From Clostridia bacterium (GTDB lineage Bacteria > Bacillota > Clostridia > CAKSNL01 > HGM11501), in NCBI GenBank assembly GCA_045545475.1, contig JAZQAZ010000008.1, positions 64,001 through 128,000 of the forward strand: 64,000 nt of DNA. The letters run 5' to 3'. Below are positions 46,135-58,200 of this stretch, piece after piece (within the stretch, counting starts at the first letter, position 1; the number at the start of each line of letters is the position of its first letter). The translations under genes were made by a program, and so were the position numbers. Below the pieces are notes generated by a model. The model saw only the letters and a list, made by a program, of their open reading frames with translations. It was not told the DNA's origin and searched no databases.

Positions 46135-48609
46135 ATGAAAAAGATACTCAATATATTATTAAGCTTAATCCTTGTTTTGTCCTGCTTTACAAATATAAGC
46201 TTTGCAGAAGACGAATATTATACCCCTGAAGCAACCTGGGAATATTCGGCAAACAGTGAATGGAGCGCAAATAAAATTGCAAAAGCCTTTGACGGCAATA
46301 TAAAATCTTTCTGGCACTCAAATTATGTGGCAGAAGGAACAACAATCACAAGTCAGGATAATCCTCCTTTTGAAATAACCGTTAAATTTCCCGAGGCAAT
46401 TTCTATTTCGGGCTTTGCCTACACTCCTAGACCGGAAGGTTCCGATGCAGGATGCGTGCTTGGCTATAAATTCCTTGTTGCGGAAAACGACGGCGACACT
46501 CCCGTGTTAATTGCAGAAGGAAAAATGGCAAACTCCAGAGATGTGAAAAAAGTTAAGCTTAAAGGAAATGTAAAGGCGAAAAAAGTTGTATTTATCATTA
46601 CAGAAGCCGTAAGAAATTACGGAACTATGGCAGAAATGGCTTTTATAAAGCCTGATGCATCTCTTAAAGATGTGAAAGCATCCGACATCAAGATAGGCGA
46701 AAGTACATTGGCAAGTAGCGACGATATGATTAAGACGGCTGAAGGGTGGATAATTACCGCAAACAGCGAATGGAAGGACAATAAAATCGCAAAGGCATTT
46801 GACGGCAATGTAAATTCTTTCTGGCACTCAAATTATGTGGCAGAAGGAACGACCATTACAAGCCAGGATAAGCCTCCTTTCGAAATTACTGTTACATTAC
46901 CTGAAGCAATTTCAATTTCAGGCTTTGCCTATACGCCAAGGCCTACAGGATCCGATGCAGGATGTGCACTTGGCTATAAACTCCTTGTTGCGGAAAACGA
47001 CGGCGACACTCCGGTTTTGGTTGCGGAAGGAAAAATGGCAAATTCCAGAGATGTAAAAACGGTAAAACTTACGGGGAACGTAAAGGTTAAAAAAGCCGTA
47101 TTTATCATAACTGAAGCTGTAAGAGATTACGGTACTATGGCAGAATTTAATTTCTTAAAGGCGAATTCATCCCTTAAAGATGTAAAGGCATCTGAAATTG
47201 TAGCGACAGGAAACTCTTCCGCAGCAAGTTCTTCAATTAAGAAAAACTGGAAGATTACCGCAAGCAGCGAATTTAAGGGGAACGAAATTGCAAAAGCCTT
47301 TGACGGTGATGTGAAAACCTTCTGGCATTCAAATTATAAGGCAGAAGGAAGCAATATAGTAAGTCAGGATAAGCCTCCTTACCAAATTACGATAGTTATG
47401 CCCGAAGGCGAAACAATATCAGGCTTTACATATACACCAAGACCTGCGGGAATGTCCGAGTCGGGAAGAGCGGTTTCCTATAAATTTTATATTGCAGGGA
47501 ATGAAACGGATGAGCCTGTTTTGGTAATGGAAGGCGATTTTGCAAACGATCCTGAACCTAAAACCATAAATTTAGCATGCAATGTAAATGTTAAAAAAGT
47601 TGTTTTTGAAATATCTTCGGGAATAAGAGGCTACGGCACAATGTCCGAATTTGATTTTGTCTATAAACGTTCGGACTACGATACCGTCGAAGCATCTGAA
47701 TTCCTTGCATACAAGGAAGCTAATCTCTATTATCCCATGCCTAAGGACGGAATGACAGCACATTCCGATTCTGTGTGGGAAAGCAATACCACCTCAAAGA
47801 TTCTTGACGGAAACATAGGAACATTCTGGCACGAAAATCCCGGTGATAAAGCACCTATCATACTTGACATTGATTTGGGTGCAGAATACGAAGTTTTGGG
47901 ATTTTCCTACTTCCCGAGAAAAGAGGCTGAAAACAAAGGACAGTGGAAGCGGTATAACGTATATACATCCGTTGATGGCAAGGATTTTGAATTGGTACTT
48001 GAGGATGCGAGAATGGATGTTGAGTATAAAGAGGTTATAGAACTCTTTATGTCTCCCGTAAAGTGCCGATATATTACCTTTGAAGTCCTTGAATTCAACT
48101 ATCACTGTGCTTGTGCCGAGCTTGAATTTTTTGAATCGGCAGAACAGAAAAACGCAAGAGAAAAAGCATCTTACGGAAAATATGTAATGCAGATAGACAA
48201 CCCCGTTATGAAGGTTACAAAGGGAGGAGAAGCTGAAAAAGAAGTTGTGCTCGATGTTGCCCCTTACCTTGATAACGGAACAACAATGATTCCTCTTCGT
48301 GGTCTTTTAACTGAAATGGGTGCGGAAATTACCTGGGATGGAGATACTCAAAGCATATTAGTTGTTCATCCAAAGGCAAAGGTTGAACTTCAGATAATGA
48401 ATCCGAGAGTATTTGTTACAACGGGTGGATACGGAAGAGTAAGATACACCCTTAAAGGCTCTGCTCCGAAGATTAAGAATTCAAGAACATTTATCCCTTT
48501 GAGATTTGTTTCTGAAAATCTTGGTTATACGGTTACCTGGGACGGGGAGACAAAAACCATAACCGTTGAAACGGCAAAGGTTACAGAATCATTTGATGCA
48601 AATAACTGA
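46135..48609 (+). CDS. Secreted protein with four F5/8 type C (CBM32) domains and a copper-amine-oxidase-N domain, paralog of 20011
   Basis: Repeated AFDG...FWHS...YTPR...AE units; APYLDNGTTMIPLRG, SRTFIPLRFVSENLG. Confidence 0.8.
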   Translation: MKKILNILLSLILVLSCFTNISFAEDEYYTPEATWEYSANSEWSANKIAKAFDGNIKSFWHSNYVAEGTTITSQDNPPFEITVKFPEAISISGFAYTPRPEGSDAGCVLGYKFLVAENDGDTPVLIAEGKMANSRDVKKVKLKGNVKAKKVVFIITEAVRNYGTMAEMAFIKPDASLKDVKASDIKIGESTLASSDDMIKTAEGWIITANSEWKDNKIAKAFDGNVNSFWHSNYVAEGTTITSQDKPPFEITVTLPEAISISGFAYTPRPTGSDAGCALGYKLLVAENDGDTPVLVAEGKMANSRDVKTVKLTGNVKVKKAVFIITEAVRDYGTMAEFNFLKANSSLKDVKASEIVATGNSSAASSSIKKNWKITASSEFKGNEIAKAFDGDVKTFWHSNYKAEGSNIVSQDKPPYQITIVMPEGETISGFTYTPRPAGMSESGRAVSYKFYIAGNETDEPVLVMEGDFANDPEPKTINLACNVNVKKVVFEISSGIRGYGTMSEFDFVYKRSDYDTVEASEFLAYKEANLYYPMPKDGMTAHSDSVWESNTTSKILDGNIGTFWHENPGDKAPIILDIDLGAEYEVLGFSYFPRKEAENKGQWKRYNVYTSVDGKDFELVLEDARMDVEYKEVIELFMSPVKCRYITFEVLEFNYHCACAELEFFESAEQKNAREKASYGKYVMQIDNPVMKVTKGGEAEKEVVLDVAPYLDNGTTMIPLRGLLTEMGAEITWDGDTQSILVVHPKAKVELQIMNPRVFVTTGGYGRVRYTLKGSAPKIKNSRTFIPLRFVSENLGYTVTWDGETKTITVETAKVTESFDANN

Positions 48610-48610
48610 T

Positions 48611-48646
48611 AAAAAGCGGTTACGATCATATCGTAACCGCTTTTTT
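48611..48646 (+). terminator. Intrinsic terminator
   Basis: AAAAAGCGGTTACGAT-CAT-ATCGTAACCGCTTTTTT. Confidence 0.85.
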
Positions 48647-48777
48647 ACAATATAAAGAAGAAAATTCATTATTTATTTACCAAAAAACAACAATAATGCT
48701 TTGACATCAAGATAATTTTGTGATACAATGATATAATACAATGCGTATAGTATTTGATTTACGAATGGAGATAAATT

Positions 48778-49719
48778 GTGGAGAAGCATGTTAAAAGGCA
48801 CATACTGAGTGTGATAATAATGTTTTTGATTATTGCCTTACTACCGTCTGAGTTTACTATGATTGTAGGATCAGCTATTTTTGCTACGGCGACATTTGGA
48901 TTGCCTTTCAGGGCAATAGTTGGGGGAGCGGTGATTTGTACTTGGATATTTTCGCTCACTTCAGCTGACTTTGGCACAGGGATACTTTTGTCTTTGTCTT
49001 TCGTTATCCCCGGTTGGATTGAAGGTATTCTTTTAAAAAGACGTCGTAGCTTAAGTACGGTTATTTCTTTTACCGCAATAGCTAGGAGCGGTCTTTTACT
49101 TTTGTGCTATGACAGGATGGCAAGTTTAGAAGGAGTAACCATAAAAGATTTTGTTTTTGGTGATATTCCTATAAGCTTTTTAGATGAACTTAAAGCGGCA
49201 GGAGAAACGGAAGAAACTATAAAATTATTAGCTGATATATGGAATGTATTGGGAAATATGCTCCCGTCAATGATAATGATTGTCGGTTTGAGCTTTGCAT
49301 TCCTTTCTTTAGCCCTTACAAAATATTTAATAGGACAAAATGGTTATACTTTTCTTGGAATGAGAAAGTTTTCAGATATCAGAATGGATATATCTTTTAC
49401 GTTGTGTGCTATCATAATTTGTGTTTTTGCGTTTGTAGAAACTGAGATGCAGAACGTTCTTGTGAATAGTTTTTATGTAATTTGTGTTATTTACGCCACA
49501 GCGGGATTTGCTTTTGTTTATCGATTGATAAAAAAAGGAGTAAATATTCCAATTGCTGCTTTTTTACTTACAGCACTAACAGGCCTGATTTCCTGTGGAA
49601 TAATATTCCCTGTGATGGGAATTATAGGATCCTTTGTAAGAACTGATTTTGACAAAGAAACACCTTCTAAAATGGGTGGAGAAAATAATGAAATTGCAGA
49701 AAATCGAAAGGAAGATTAA
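48778..49719 (+). CDS. YybS/DUF2232-like membrane protein
   Basis: Polytopic membrane protein of ~310 aa immediately upstream of rplI; call rests mainly on synteny. Confidence 0.55.
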   Translation: MEKHVKRHILSVIIMFLIIALLPSEFTMIVGSAIFATATFGLPFRAIVGGAVICTWIFSLTSADFGTGILLSLSFVIPGWIEGILLKRRRSLSTVISFTAIARSGLLLLCYDRMASLEGVTIKDFVFGDIPISFLDELKAAGETEETIKLLADIWNVLGNMLPSMIMIVGLSFAFLSLALTKYLIGQNGYTFLGMRKFSDIRMDISFTLCAIIICVFAFVETEMQNVLVNSFYVICVIYATAGFAFVYRLIKKGVNIPIAAFLLTALTGLISCGIIFPVMGIIGSFVRTDFDKETPSKMGGENNEIAENRKED

Positions 49720-49721
49720 AT

Positions 49722-50171
49722 ATGAAAGTAGTATTACTTAAAGACGTTAAGGCACAGGGAAAAAAGGGTGATATTATAAACGTCAGCGACGGATACGCAA
49801 GAAATTTCCTTTTACCAAAGGGACTTGCGGTTGAGGCAACCTCAAATGCTCTTAATGACCTTAAAGGCCAGAAAGAGTCGGAGGCTTACAGAAAAGAAAC
49901 AGAACTTGCTAATGCAAAAGAACTTGCGGAAAAGATTACAGGCGTTACTGTTGAACTTTCCGCAAAGGCAGGCGATAACGGAAAACTTTTCGGTTCAATC
50001 ACTGCTTCCGATGTTGCTATGGGACTTAAAATGCAGCATCATGTCGTAATTGATAAGAAAAAGTTTAATTTACCTGATGGCATTAAACATACCGGAATTA
50101 CAGAGGTGGAAGTGAAGATATACCCTGCAATTTCTGCGAAAATAAAGGTTAGTGTAACAGGAACCAATTAA
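49722..50171 (+). CDS. rplI: 50S ribosomal protein L9
   Basis: [32 protein letters not shown]. Confidence 0.97.
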   Translation: MKVVLLKDVKAQGKKGDIINVSDGYARNFLLPKGLAVEATSNALNDLKGQKESEAYRKETELANAKELAEKITGVTVELSAKAGDNGKLFGSITASDVAMGLKMQHHVVIDKKKFNLPDGIKHTGITEVEVKIYPAISAKIKVSVTGTN

Positions 50172-50179
50172 AGAAAGAG

Positions 50180-51505
50180 GTGGGTGCCGTGGAGGCAAGA
50201 CAAGCCCCTTATAATATGGGAGCCGAGCAGGCGGTACTCGGCTGTATGCTTACAAATTCAAGTGCTTTGTCGGAAGTTTTTTCTTCTGTAAAGGTGGACG
50301 ATTTTTACACCGAAGCTCACAGACTTATTTTTGAAGCAGCAAAAATGCTGTTTGATACCGGTAAACCTGTAGATATTATAACAGTTACTGAGGCTCTGGG
50401 TGCTAAAGTAGATATGGCAGGGGGACTTAATTATCTTTCCAAACTTGCTATGTCTATTGTTACAACGCAGAATCTTTCGCAGTATTTGAAAATTGTAAAG
50501 GATTCATCCAATATAAGACGACTTATTGAGGCTGCAAATGAAATCGCCGAAATGGGATATCTTAACGAAGAAGATGCTGAAATCATTTTGGACAGGGCGG
50601 AACAGAAGGTATTTGCCATAGCTGAAAACAGAAGCAACATGGGATTTTCTCATATTCGCGATATTCTGATAAACTCAATAGAAAATGTTGAGAAACTTCG
50701 TGAAGCAGGCGGAAAAATAGCAGGTGTTCCCACCGGATTTACCGATCTTGATAATATGTTGGCCGGACTTCAGAAATCAGACCTTATTTTACTTGCAGCA
50801 CGTCCGGCTATGGGTAAAACGGCATTTGCACTTAATATGGCACAGCACATTGCCGTTAACTCTAAAGTTCCTGTTGCAATTTTTAATCTTGAAATGAGTA
50901 AAGAACAGATTGTAAACCGTATGATTTGCTCTGAAGCCTTGGTTGAAAACAGCAAATTCCGTGTCGGAGATCTTAATGCAGAAGATTGTGCCAGACTTGC
51001 TCAGGCGATAGGAACACTATCTTCGGCACCTATTTATGTTGACGATACAGCTGGTATAGGCATCAGCGAAATAAGAGCGAAATGCAGGCGACTGGCACAG
51101 TCCGAAAAAGGTTTGGGTCTTATAATAATTGACCACATTCAGCTTATGCAGGCAGGCCAGAAATCAGACAGCCGTCAGCAGGAAATTTCCGAAATATCAC
51201 GTTCGTTAAAAATTCTTGCAAAGGAATTGAATGTTCCTGTGGTTGCACTTTCGCAGCTTTCCCGTGCGGTTGAATCCCGTCAGGATAAACGTCCGATGTT
51301 GTCGGATCTTCGTGAATCAGGTGCTATAGAGCAGGATGCCGATATTGTTATGTTCTTATACAGAGATGCGTATTACAATCCGGAAAGTGAAAAGCACAAT
51401 GTTTCAGAATGTATTATTGCAAAACACAGAAATGGTGAAACGGGTAAAATAGAGCTTGTTTACAGAGGGGAATTTGTTAGATTTGAAAACATTTACAAAG
51501 GATAA
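50180..51505 (+). CDS. dnaB: Replicative DNA helicase
   Basis: AEQAVLG, AARPAMGKT, LSQLSRAVE, SDLRESGAIEQDAD; no intein. Confidence 0.96.
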   Translation: MGAVEARQAPYNMGAEQAVLGCMLTNSSALSEVFSSVKVDDFYTEAHRLIFEAAKMLFDTGKPVDIITVTEALGAKVDMAGGLNYLSKLAMSIVTTQNLSQYLKIVKDSSNIRRLIEAANEIAEMGYLNEEDAEIILDRAEQKVFAIAENRSNMGFSHIRDILINSIENVEKLREAGGKIAGVPTGFTDLDNMLAGLQKSDLILLAARPAMGKTAFALNMAQHIAVNSKVPVAIFNLEMSKEQIVNRMICSEALVENSKFRVGDLNAEDCARLAQAIGTLSSAPIYVDDTAGIGISEIRAKCRRLAQSEKGLGLIIIDHIQLMQAGQKSDSRQQEISEISRSLKILAKELNVPVVALSQLSRAVESRQDKRPMLSDLRESGAIEQDADIVMFLYRDAYYNPESEKHNVSECIIAKHRNGETGKIELVYRGEFVRFENIYKG

Positions 51506-52808
51506 AAATCTTACTCTTAAAGTAAAAGATAATATCCTCCGCAACCGACTTATTGAAAATGGCGATACGGTAATAGTCGGACTTTCGGGCGGTGCAGATT
51601 CGGTGTGCCTTTTGTATGTTCTGAATGGTCTGAAAGAAGAGATGGATTTCACATTGAAAGCTGCACATATGAATCACGGCATACGAGGAGAAGAGGCTGA
51701 CAGAGATGAAGCGTTTTCAAGGCTTATTTGTGAAAATTTAGGGATTGAGTTTTATTTTGGCTTCAGAGACATCCCGGCTATTTCCGGAGGGAAAAACACA
51801 GAACTCGTTGCAAGAGATGAGCGGTATAAATTTTTTTCGGAGTTATCGGATAAAGAAGGCGGAGCAAAAATTGCGGTGGCACATAATAGAAATGATGTCG
51901 CTGAAACAATGATTATGAGGCTTTTAAGAGGAGCATCGGTTTTCGGATTTTCAGGGATACCTGTTAAGAACAAAAATATTATTAGACCGTTATTAACTGT
52001 TACACGGGAAGAAATAGAGAACTTTCTGCATTACAAAAATATTTCTTATGTGACGGACAGTACCAATCTAACGGACGATTACACGAGGAACCGCATCAGA
52101 CATAGGATTATGCCGGAAATGAAGGTGCTAAACGAAGGGTATCTTACAACAATTGCCGGGACTGCTTCAAAGATGGCAACTGTAGCGGATTTTATAAAAA
52201 CGTCCGCAAAAGAGATTTACGGAGAAATAACGGACGTTATAAATGCGGAAAAGCTTAATGGTTTGCACGACGCATTAAAAGAGTATATAATTTCTGAAAG
52301 TGCCTACAATTCCGGTATAAAGGAACTTTTCGAAAAGAACATTTCTGATATTAAGGATTTACTTGAATCAGAGTCCGGCAAGTTTATTTATTTACCCGAA
52401 GGTTATAGGGCACTTAAGGTATATAACGAAATTAAATTCATAAAGGGAATGGAAAAGGAAAGTTATTCCTATGAATTGAAAGTAGGAATAAATTATATTA
52501 AAGAAGCCAATATGGTTCTTGAAATAACAAAAGGGAAAAAGGGAATAGATGCTGAAAAAATAAAATTTCCACTTATAGCCAGACCGAGAAAAAGCGGAGA
52601 TTATATTGAGGTAAAAGGCACTGACGGAAGAAAAAAAATTAAAAATCTTTTCATTGATGAAAAACTTCCGATAGATAAACGGGATAGTTATCCGATTATC
52701 GTATCCGGAGATGAGGTGGTTTTTGCTCTGGGAAGATGTGGAAAGAAATTTATTTCTGATGAAAAAACAAAAGAAGCATATAATATTACAATAACAGAAG
52801 GGGTTTGA
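51474..52808 (+). CDS. tilS: tRNA(Ile)-lysidine synthetase
   Basis: GLSGGADS PP-loop, NHGIR, AHNRNDVAET, IIRPLL, RNRIR; start position approximate (TTG after AGAGGGG). Confidence 0.92.
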   Translation: MLDLKTFTKDKNLTLKVKDNILRNRLIENGDTVIVGLSGGADSVCLLYVLNGLKEEMDFTLKAAHMNHGIRGEEADRDEAFSRLICENLGIEFYFGFRDIPAISGGKNTELVARDERYKFFSELSDKEGGAKIAVAHNRNDVAETMIMRLLRGASVFGFSGIPVKNKNIIRPLLTVTREEIENFLHYKNISYVTDSTNLTDDYTRNRIRHRIMPEMKVLNEGYLTTIAGTASKMATVADFIKTSAKEIYGEITDVINAEKLNGLHDALKEYIISESAYNSGIKELFEKNISDIKDLLESESGKFIYLPEGYRALKVYNEIKFIKGMEKESYSYELKVGINYIKEANMVLEITKGKKGIDAEKIKFPLIARPRKSGDYIEVKGTDGRKKIKNLFIDEKLPIDKRDSYPIIVSGDEVVFALGRCGKKFISDEKTKEAYNITITEGV

Positions 52809-52812
52809 GAAA

Positions 52813-53352
52813 ATGTTAAATGATATTGAGAAGGTTTTAATATCAGAAGAAGAACTTGACTTAAAGACAAGCGAACTTGCGAAAAGAATTTCAGAGGATT
52901 TTGCAGGAGAAAACCTTATTATGATAGGCATTCTTAAAGGTGGGGTTGTTTTTGCCTCTGACATTATAAAAAAAGTCAGCATTCCTATGGAAATTGAATT
53001 TATGGCAGTATCGAGCTACGGAAAGGAGAGCGAAACCTCCGGTGTTGTCATGCTTAAGAAGGATATTGATACTTCTCTTGAGGGAAAGAGTGTAATTGTG
53101 GTTGAGGATATTGTTGACAGTGGATATACAATGAAATATCTTACAAAGTTACTAATGGACAGACATGCAAAAAGTGTCAAAATCTGTACTTTATTAAGTA
53201 AGCCTTCTAGAAGAAAAATAGAAATTCCCCTTGATTATGTGGGATTCGAAGTGCCGGATGAATTTGTTGTAGGTTACGGCCTTGATTTTAATGAAAAATA
53301 CAGAAATCTTCCTTTTGTGGGAGTGTTAAAAAGAGAAGTATACAGCAAATAA
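52813..53352 (+). CDS. hpt: Hypoxanthine phosphoribosyltransferase
   Basis: ILKGG, VEDIVDSG PRPP motif, FVVGYGLD...YRNLP. Confidence 0.95.
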   Translation: MLNDIEKVLISEEELDLKTSELAKRISEDFAGENLIMIGILKGGVVFASDIIKKVSIPMEIEFMAVSSYGKESETSGVVMLKKDIDTSLEGKSVIVVEDIVDSGYTMKYLTKLLMDRHAKSVKICTLLSKPSRRKIEIPLDYVGFEVPDEFVVGYGLDFNEKYRNLPFVGVLKREVYSK

Positions 53353-53364
53353 GAGGAGGTCTTT

Positions 53365-55242
53365 TTGTTGAAAAAAAGTTTTAAGGGAATCGGATTTGCT
53401 TTAATTCTTATCATTTTTATGAACGTTATCTGGAATTATGTAGTGGATCGTGTTCCGGAAAAAGAAATATTATACTCCGATCTGGTGAGTGATATAATTT
53501 CAGGTGATATTTCCAGAATAGAAATAAGCGAAACAAAAGCAAAGGCGACATATAAAGCAAAGGATGAAGATGGCAAGAACAAGATTGTTGTTTATGATAT
53601 TCCCTCTAAGGAGCTTCTATATGCTCAGGTAGGAGAGGAAATGGATGAACAGATTGAGAATAAGAATCTTATAGTGACATATGTGGAAGAATCTTCGGTT
53701 TACGCATGGATATCTCTTCTTTCGCCGTTTTTCATAATTATTGTTATTGGTATAATCTGGAGCGTTATGATGAAAAACGCATCCGGTGGTGGTAGTGCAA
53801 TGAACTTTGGTAAAATTAAGACCAAAGCGGCATCGCCATCTTCTAAGAAAGTGACGTTTGCTGACGTTGCAGGTGTTGATGAAGAAAAAGAAGAACTTAC
53901 TGAAATAGTAGAGTTTCTTAAAAACCCGAAGAAGTATACAGAGCTTGGAGCAAGAATACCGAAGGGAGTTCTCCTTGTGGGCCCTCCTGGTACTGGTAAA
54001 ACATTGCTTGCAAAAGCTGTGGCAGGAGAAGCGAATGCACCGTTTTTTAGTATAAGCGGATCTGACTTTGTTGAAATGTTTGTTGGTGTGGGTGCGTCGA
54101 GAGTAAGAGACTTATTTGAGCAGGCAAAGAAAAACCAGCCATCAATCATTTTTATTGATGAAATTGATGCTGTGGGCAGACATCGTGGTGCAGGTCTTGG
54201 CGGAGGTCATGATGAAAGAGAGCAGACTCTTAATCAGCTCTTAGTTGAAATGGACGGATTCGGTGTGAACGAAGGTACGATAGTACTTGCGGCGACAAAC
54301 CGTGCTGATATATTAGACCCCGCACTTATGAGGCCGGGAAGATTTGACCGTCAGGTTTATGTTGGTTATCCTGATAAAAAAGGCAGAGAGGAAATTCTTA
54401 AAGTACATGCAAAGAATAAACCTTTAGGACCTGACGTAGATCTTTCTGTCGTTGCTAAATCCACATACGGATTTACAGGAGCTGATCTTGAAAATCTCCT
54501 TAATGAAGCAGCGCTTCTTGCGGCACGTGAAAATAAAAAGGAAATAAATCAGTATCACCTTGATGACGCAATGCTTAAGGTTGTAATGGGACCTGAAAAG
54601 AAATCTAAAGAGATGCAGGAAAAGGATAAAAAGCAGACAGCGTTCCATGAAGCAGGCCATGCTGTTATGGCAAAATGCCTTTCTACACAGGACAAAGTTC
54701 ATCAGGTTTCTATTATACCGAGAGGAAGAGCCGGCGGATTTACAATGTCGCTTCCCGACCACGACAAGGTATATGTTTCAAAAAAGGAAATGTTTGAAGA
54801 CATCGTGAGTCTTATGGGCGGTAGAGTTGCCGAGGAAATGATTTTCGGAGAAATATATACCGGTGCTTCGAGTGATATAGAAAGAGCAACAAAAATTGCT
54901 ACTGATATGGTTACAAAGTACGGTATGAGCGAGAAACTAGGTTCTCGTACGTTCGGTTCCAACGGGGAAGTGTTCATTGGAAAGGATTATGGCCATACTC
55001 AGGAATATTCCGATGCAACAGCTGCTTTGATTGATGAAGAAATCAGCAAAATTGTATCCGAAGCCTATGCTGAGTGTCAGAGGCTTATGGCAGAGCATAA
55101 AGATAAGCTTATTATTGTGGCTGAGGCTCTTATCGAAAAAGAAGTTCTTACAGGCTCTGAGTTTGAAGCCGTTTACGAAGGCACGGCAGAAGAAAATTCC
55201 GATGAAACACAAGATGAGACCGGAGATACAGAAGAAAAATAA
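53365..55242 (+). CDS. ftsH: ATP-dependent zinc metalloprotease FtsH
   Basis: Two TM helices, [30 protein letters not shown]. Confidence 0.97.
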   Translation: MLKKSFKGIGFALILIIFMNVIWNYVVDRVPEKEILYSDLVSDIISGDISRIEISETKAKATYKAKDEDGKNKIVVYDIPSKELLYAQVGEEMDEQIENKNLIVTYVEESSVYAWISLLSPFFIIIVIGIIWSVMMKNASGGGSAMNFGKIKTKAASPSSKKVTFADVAGVDEEKEELTEIVEFLKNPKKYTELGARIPKGVLLVGPPGTGKTLLAKAVAGEANAPFFSISGSDFVEMFVGVGASRVRDLFEQAKKNQPSIIFIDEIDAVGRHRGAGLGGGHDEREQTLNQLLVEMDGFGVNEGTIVLAATNRADILDPALMRPGRFDRQVYVGYPDKKGREEILKVHAKNKPLGPDVDLSVVAKSTYGFTGADLENLLNEAALLAARENKKEINQYHLDDAMLKVVMGPEKKSKEMQEKDKKQTAFHEAGHAVMAKCLSTQDKVHQVSIIPRGRAGGFTMSLPDHDKVYVSKKEMFEDIVSLMGGRVAEEMIFGEIYTGASSDIERATKIATDMVTKYGMSEKLGSRTFGSNGEVFIGKDYGHTQEYSDATAALIDEEISKIVSEAYAECQRLMAEHKDKLIIVAEALIEKEVLTGSEFEAVYEGTAEENSDETQDETGDTEEK

Positions 55243-55263
55243 GAAAAACAGGATGTAATATCT

Positions 55264-58200
55264 ATGATATTAAAAAGTATTACCATGCAGGGATTTAAAT
55301 CTTTTGCAGATAAAACTACAATTGAATTGGACGGAAATGTTTGTGCCATAGTTGGACCTAACGGAAGCGGAAAGAGTAATATTTCCGATGCAATACTTTG
55401 GGTATTGGGCGAACAAAGTGCAAAAACTCTTCGTGGAAGCAAGATGGAGGATGTCATATTCACAGGAACTCCGAAAAGAAAGCCCAGCGGCTTTGCTGAG
55501 GTTACGCTTACCTTGGATAATTCTGAACATTTGCTTCCTGTAGAATATGCAGAGGTTGCATTTACAAGAAGGGTTTACAGAAGTGGTGAAGGTGAATATT
55601 TTATAAATAAAACGCCTTGCCGACTTAAAGACATCCATGAGATGCTTATGGATACCGGTATGGGACGTGACGGATACAGCATTATCGGTCAGGGAAAGAT
55701 AGACCAGATTCTTTATGCAAACCCTGATGACAGAAGATCCATGTTCGAAGAGGCATCGGGTATATCCAAATATAAATACCGCAAAGCCGAAGCAACACGA
55801 AAGCTTGAAAAGACAAACGATAATCTTGTAAGAATTCTTGATATAGTTTCAGAACTTGAAAATCAGATAGGTCCGCTTAAAGAACAGTCGGAAAAAGCAC
55901 AAAGATTTTTGGTTTTATCAGAAGAATTAAAGGATCTTGAAGTAACGGCCTATGTTAATTCAATAGAGAAAAATAAAGCTTCTTTTGATAAAGCGAAAGT
56001 AAATTATGACGAAATAGAAAAAAGCTTTAACGAGGCAAAAGCACAGTCAGAATCCAACGAAAAAGCTATAGAACAATACTACGAAGAGAAAAAGCTTTTC
56101 GATTCCAGTCTTGAAGAAATAAAAAATCAGGCGTCAGAAATCCTGATGGAAATAACAAGAAAGGAATCTGATATTACCCTTAAAAGAAATACGATTTCGA
56201 ACATAAGTGAAAATATAGGAAGACTTAATGAAGAAATCGTTACACTAAGGGAACAAAATGAAGCCGGTAGTGTTGAAAAAGCAGAAGAAGCTGTCTATAA
56301 GGCTAAGGAAAAGAAAGAAGCTTTGATGCGTGAATTAAATGCTTTGCCGATAACTTCGCTTCGTGAAGAGGTGGATTCTTTAACTGCAAAAACTGCAAAA
56401 AAAGCTTCGGAAATAGATGTTTTATCTGTGCAGATAGAAGGAAGAATGGGAAGACTTGAATCTTTCGATGTAATTGCAGATGAACAAAGTAAGAGGCTTA
56501 ATTCTCTTGCTTCGGAAGAAAAAGAACTTTCTTCTGAAGTTGAAGAACACAGGAAAGAACTTTCTTCTCTCGAATTAAAAAGAGCGGAATGCGAAGAGAA
56601 AACAAGAGAATTTGACGAGCAGAAAAAGTCTATGAATAATGAGTTTTCAGGACTTAACGATGCTAATGAAACACTTAAGACTGAGTATAATAAGGAAAGC
56701 TCAGAACTTCAGGAGAGGCTTTCTCGTCTTCGCTTTTTGGAAGAACTCGAACGTGATATGGATGGTTATTCAGGAGCGGTTAAGAGTATTGTTGAGAATA
56801 AAAATCTTAAAGGTATTAAAGGGGTTCTTTCTGAGCTTATTCATGTTGAAGCTAAGTACATTCCTGCAATTGAAGCATCGCTTGGAGGCTCAATGCAGAA
56901 TATTGTTACGGAAACAGATAAGGATTCAAGAGAGGCAATTGATTATCTTAAATCCAAGGGCAAGGGAAGAGCTACATTTTTGCCCCTTAACATTATTAAA
57001 GAACGCAGTCTTGAAAAAATGAGTCATCCGGGTTATCTTGGACCGGTGTCGGATTTTGTTTCATGTGATAAAGAAATACGTCCCGCTGTCTTGAACCTTT
57101 TGGGAAATGTTGCTCTTTGTGACACGTTTGAAAATGCAATAGGACTTTTCAAAAAGCAAAACGGAAAAGTTAAAATAGTTACCTTGTCCGGAGAATACAT
57201 AAATTCGGGCGGTGCGGTAACCGGAGGAAGTATGAGTAAAATCCGTGGCTTACTTTCACGAAAGCAGGAAATAGCAACATTGGAAGTGAGCTATGCCGAA
57301 CAGCAGGAAAAGGTTAAAACTGCTGAAAAAGCAATTGATAAAAATGAACAGCTTATTGAAAAATTAAGGAAATCAGCAGCCGAGCTTACAGAAAAAATAG
57401 AAAAGAACAAAGAAATATATTCAGATGTCTCTTCAAAAGCTGAAGTCAGAAAAAATATACTTGAAAAAGAAGAAGAAAGACTTTCAGAATTAAGAGAAGC
57501 AAAAAGTGAGTTGGTTTACGGTTTAGAGAACAGAGATAAAGCCAAGGAAGAACTTAAGCAGTCTATTGTTGATGCGGAAAAACAACTTGCAGCAGAAAAA
57601 GAAGCACTTAAAGAAATCAGCAGATTGCTTGAAACTAAAAAACAGGAATTGGAGAATCTCAACCAGGCAAGAATAGATAAGACGATGGAGATAAATAATG
57701 CTTCCAAGGATATCGAAATGTATTTCAATGCCTTGGAGGCTGCAAGAAACGGAGCCGACTCGAGACGTGAACTTTCTGAAGCGAAGGCTCTTGAAATTGC
57801 TCGTCTTGAAAAAGAAATTTCGAGAATTGAAGAAGAAATTAAGCTTGTTTATTTAAGCATTGAGGAGCTTAAAAAGCTTCATGCAGCTAAAGGAGATGAG
57901 CTTGAAGCCAAAAAAGATGAGTTTTCAAAACGTGACGAAAACACATCTAAGCTTCGTGAAAGCAATAAAGAGATTCAGGAACGAGTGATTTCTCTTGCTC
58001 AGGAAATGACAAAACTCGGCAGTAAAATTGAGGCTCTCGAACATATTGTTGAGGAGGAAATAGGAAAGCTCTGGGAAGAATATGAATTGACCTTCTCCGA
58101 AGCTGTAAAAGAGCGTGATGCAAAAGGCAGTAAAACAGGATCCTCAACTCTAATCAATAAACTTAAGAGAGAAATCAAAGATCTTGGAACTATTAATGTT

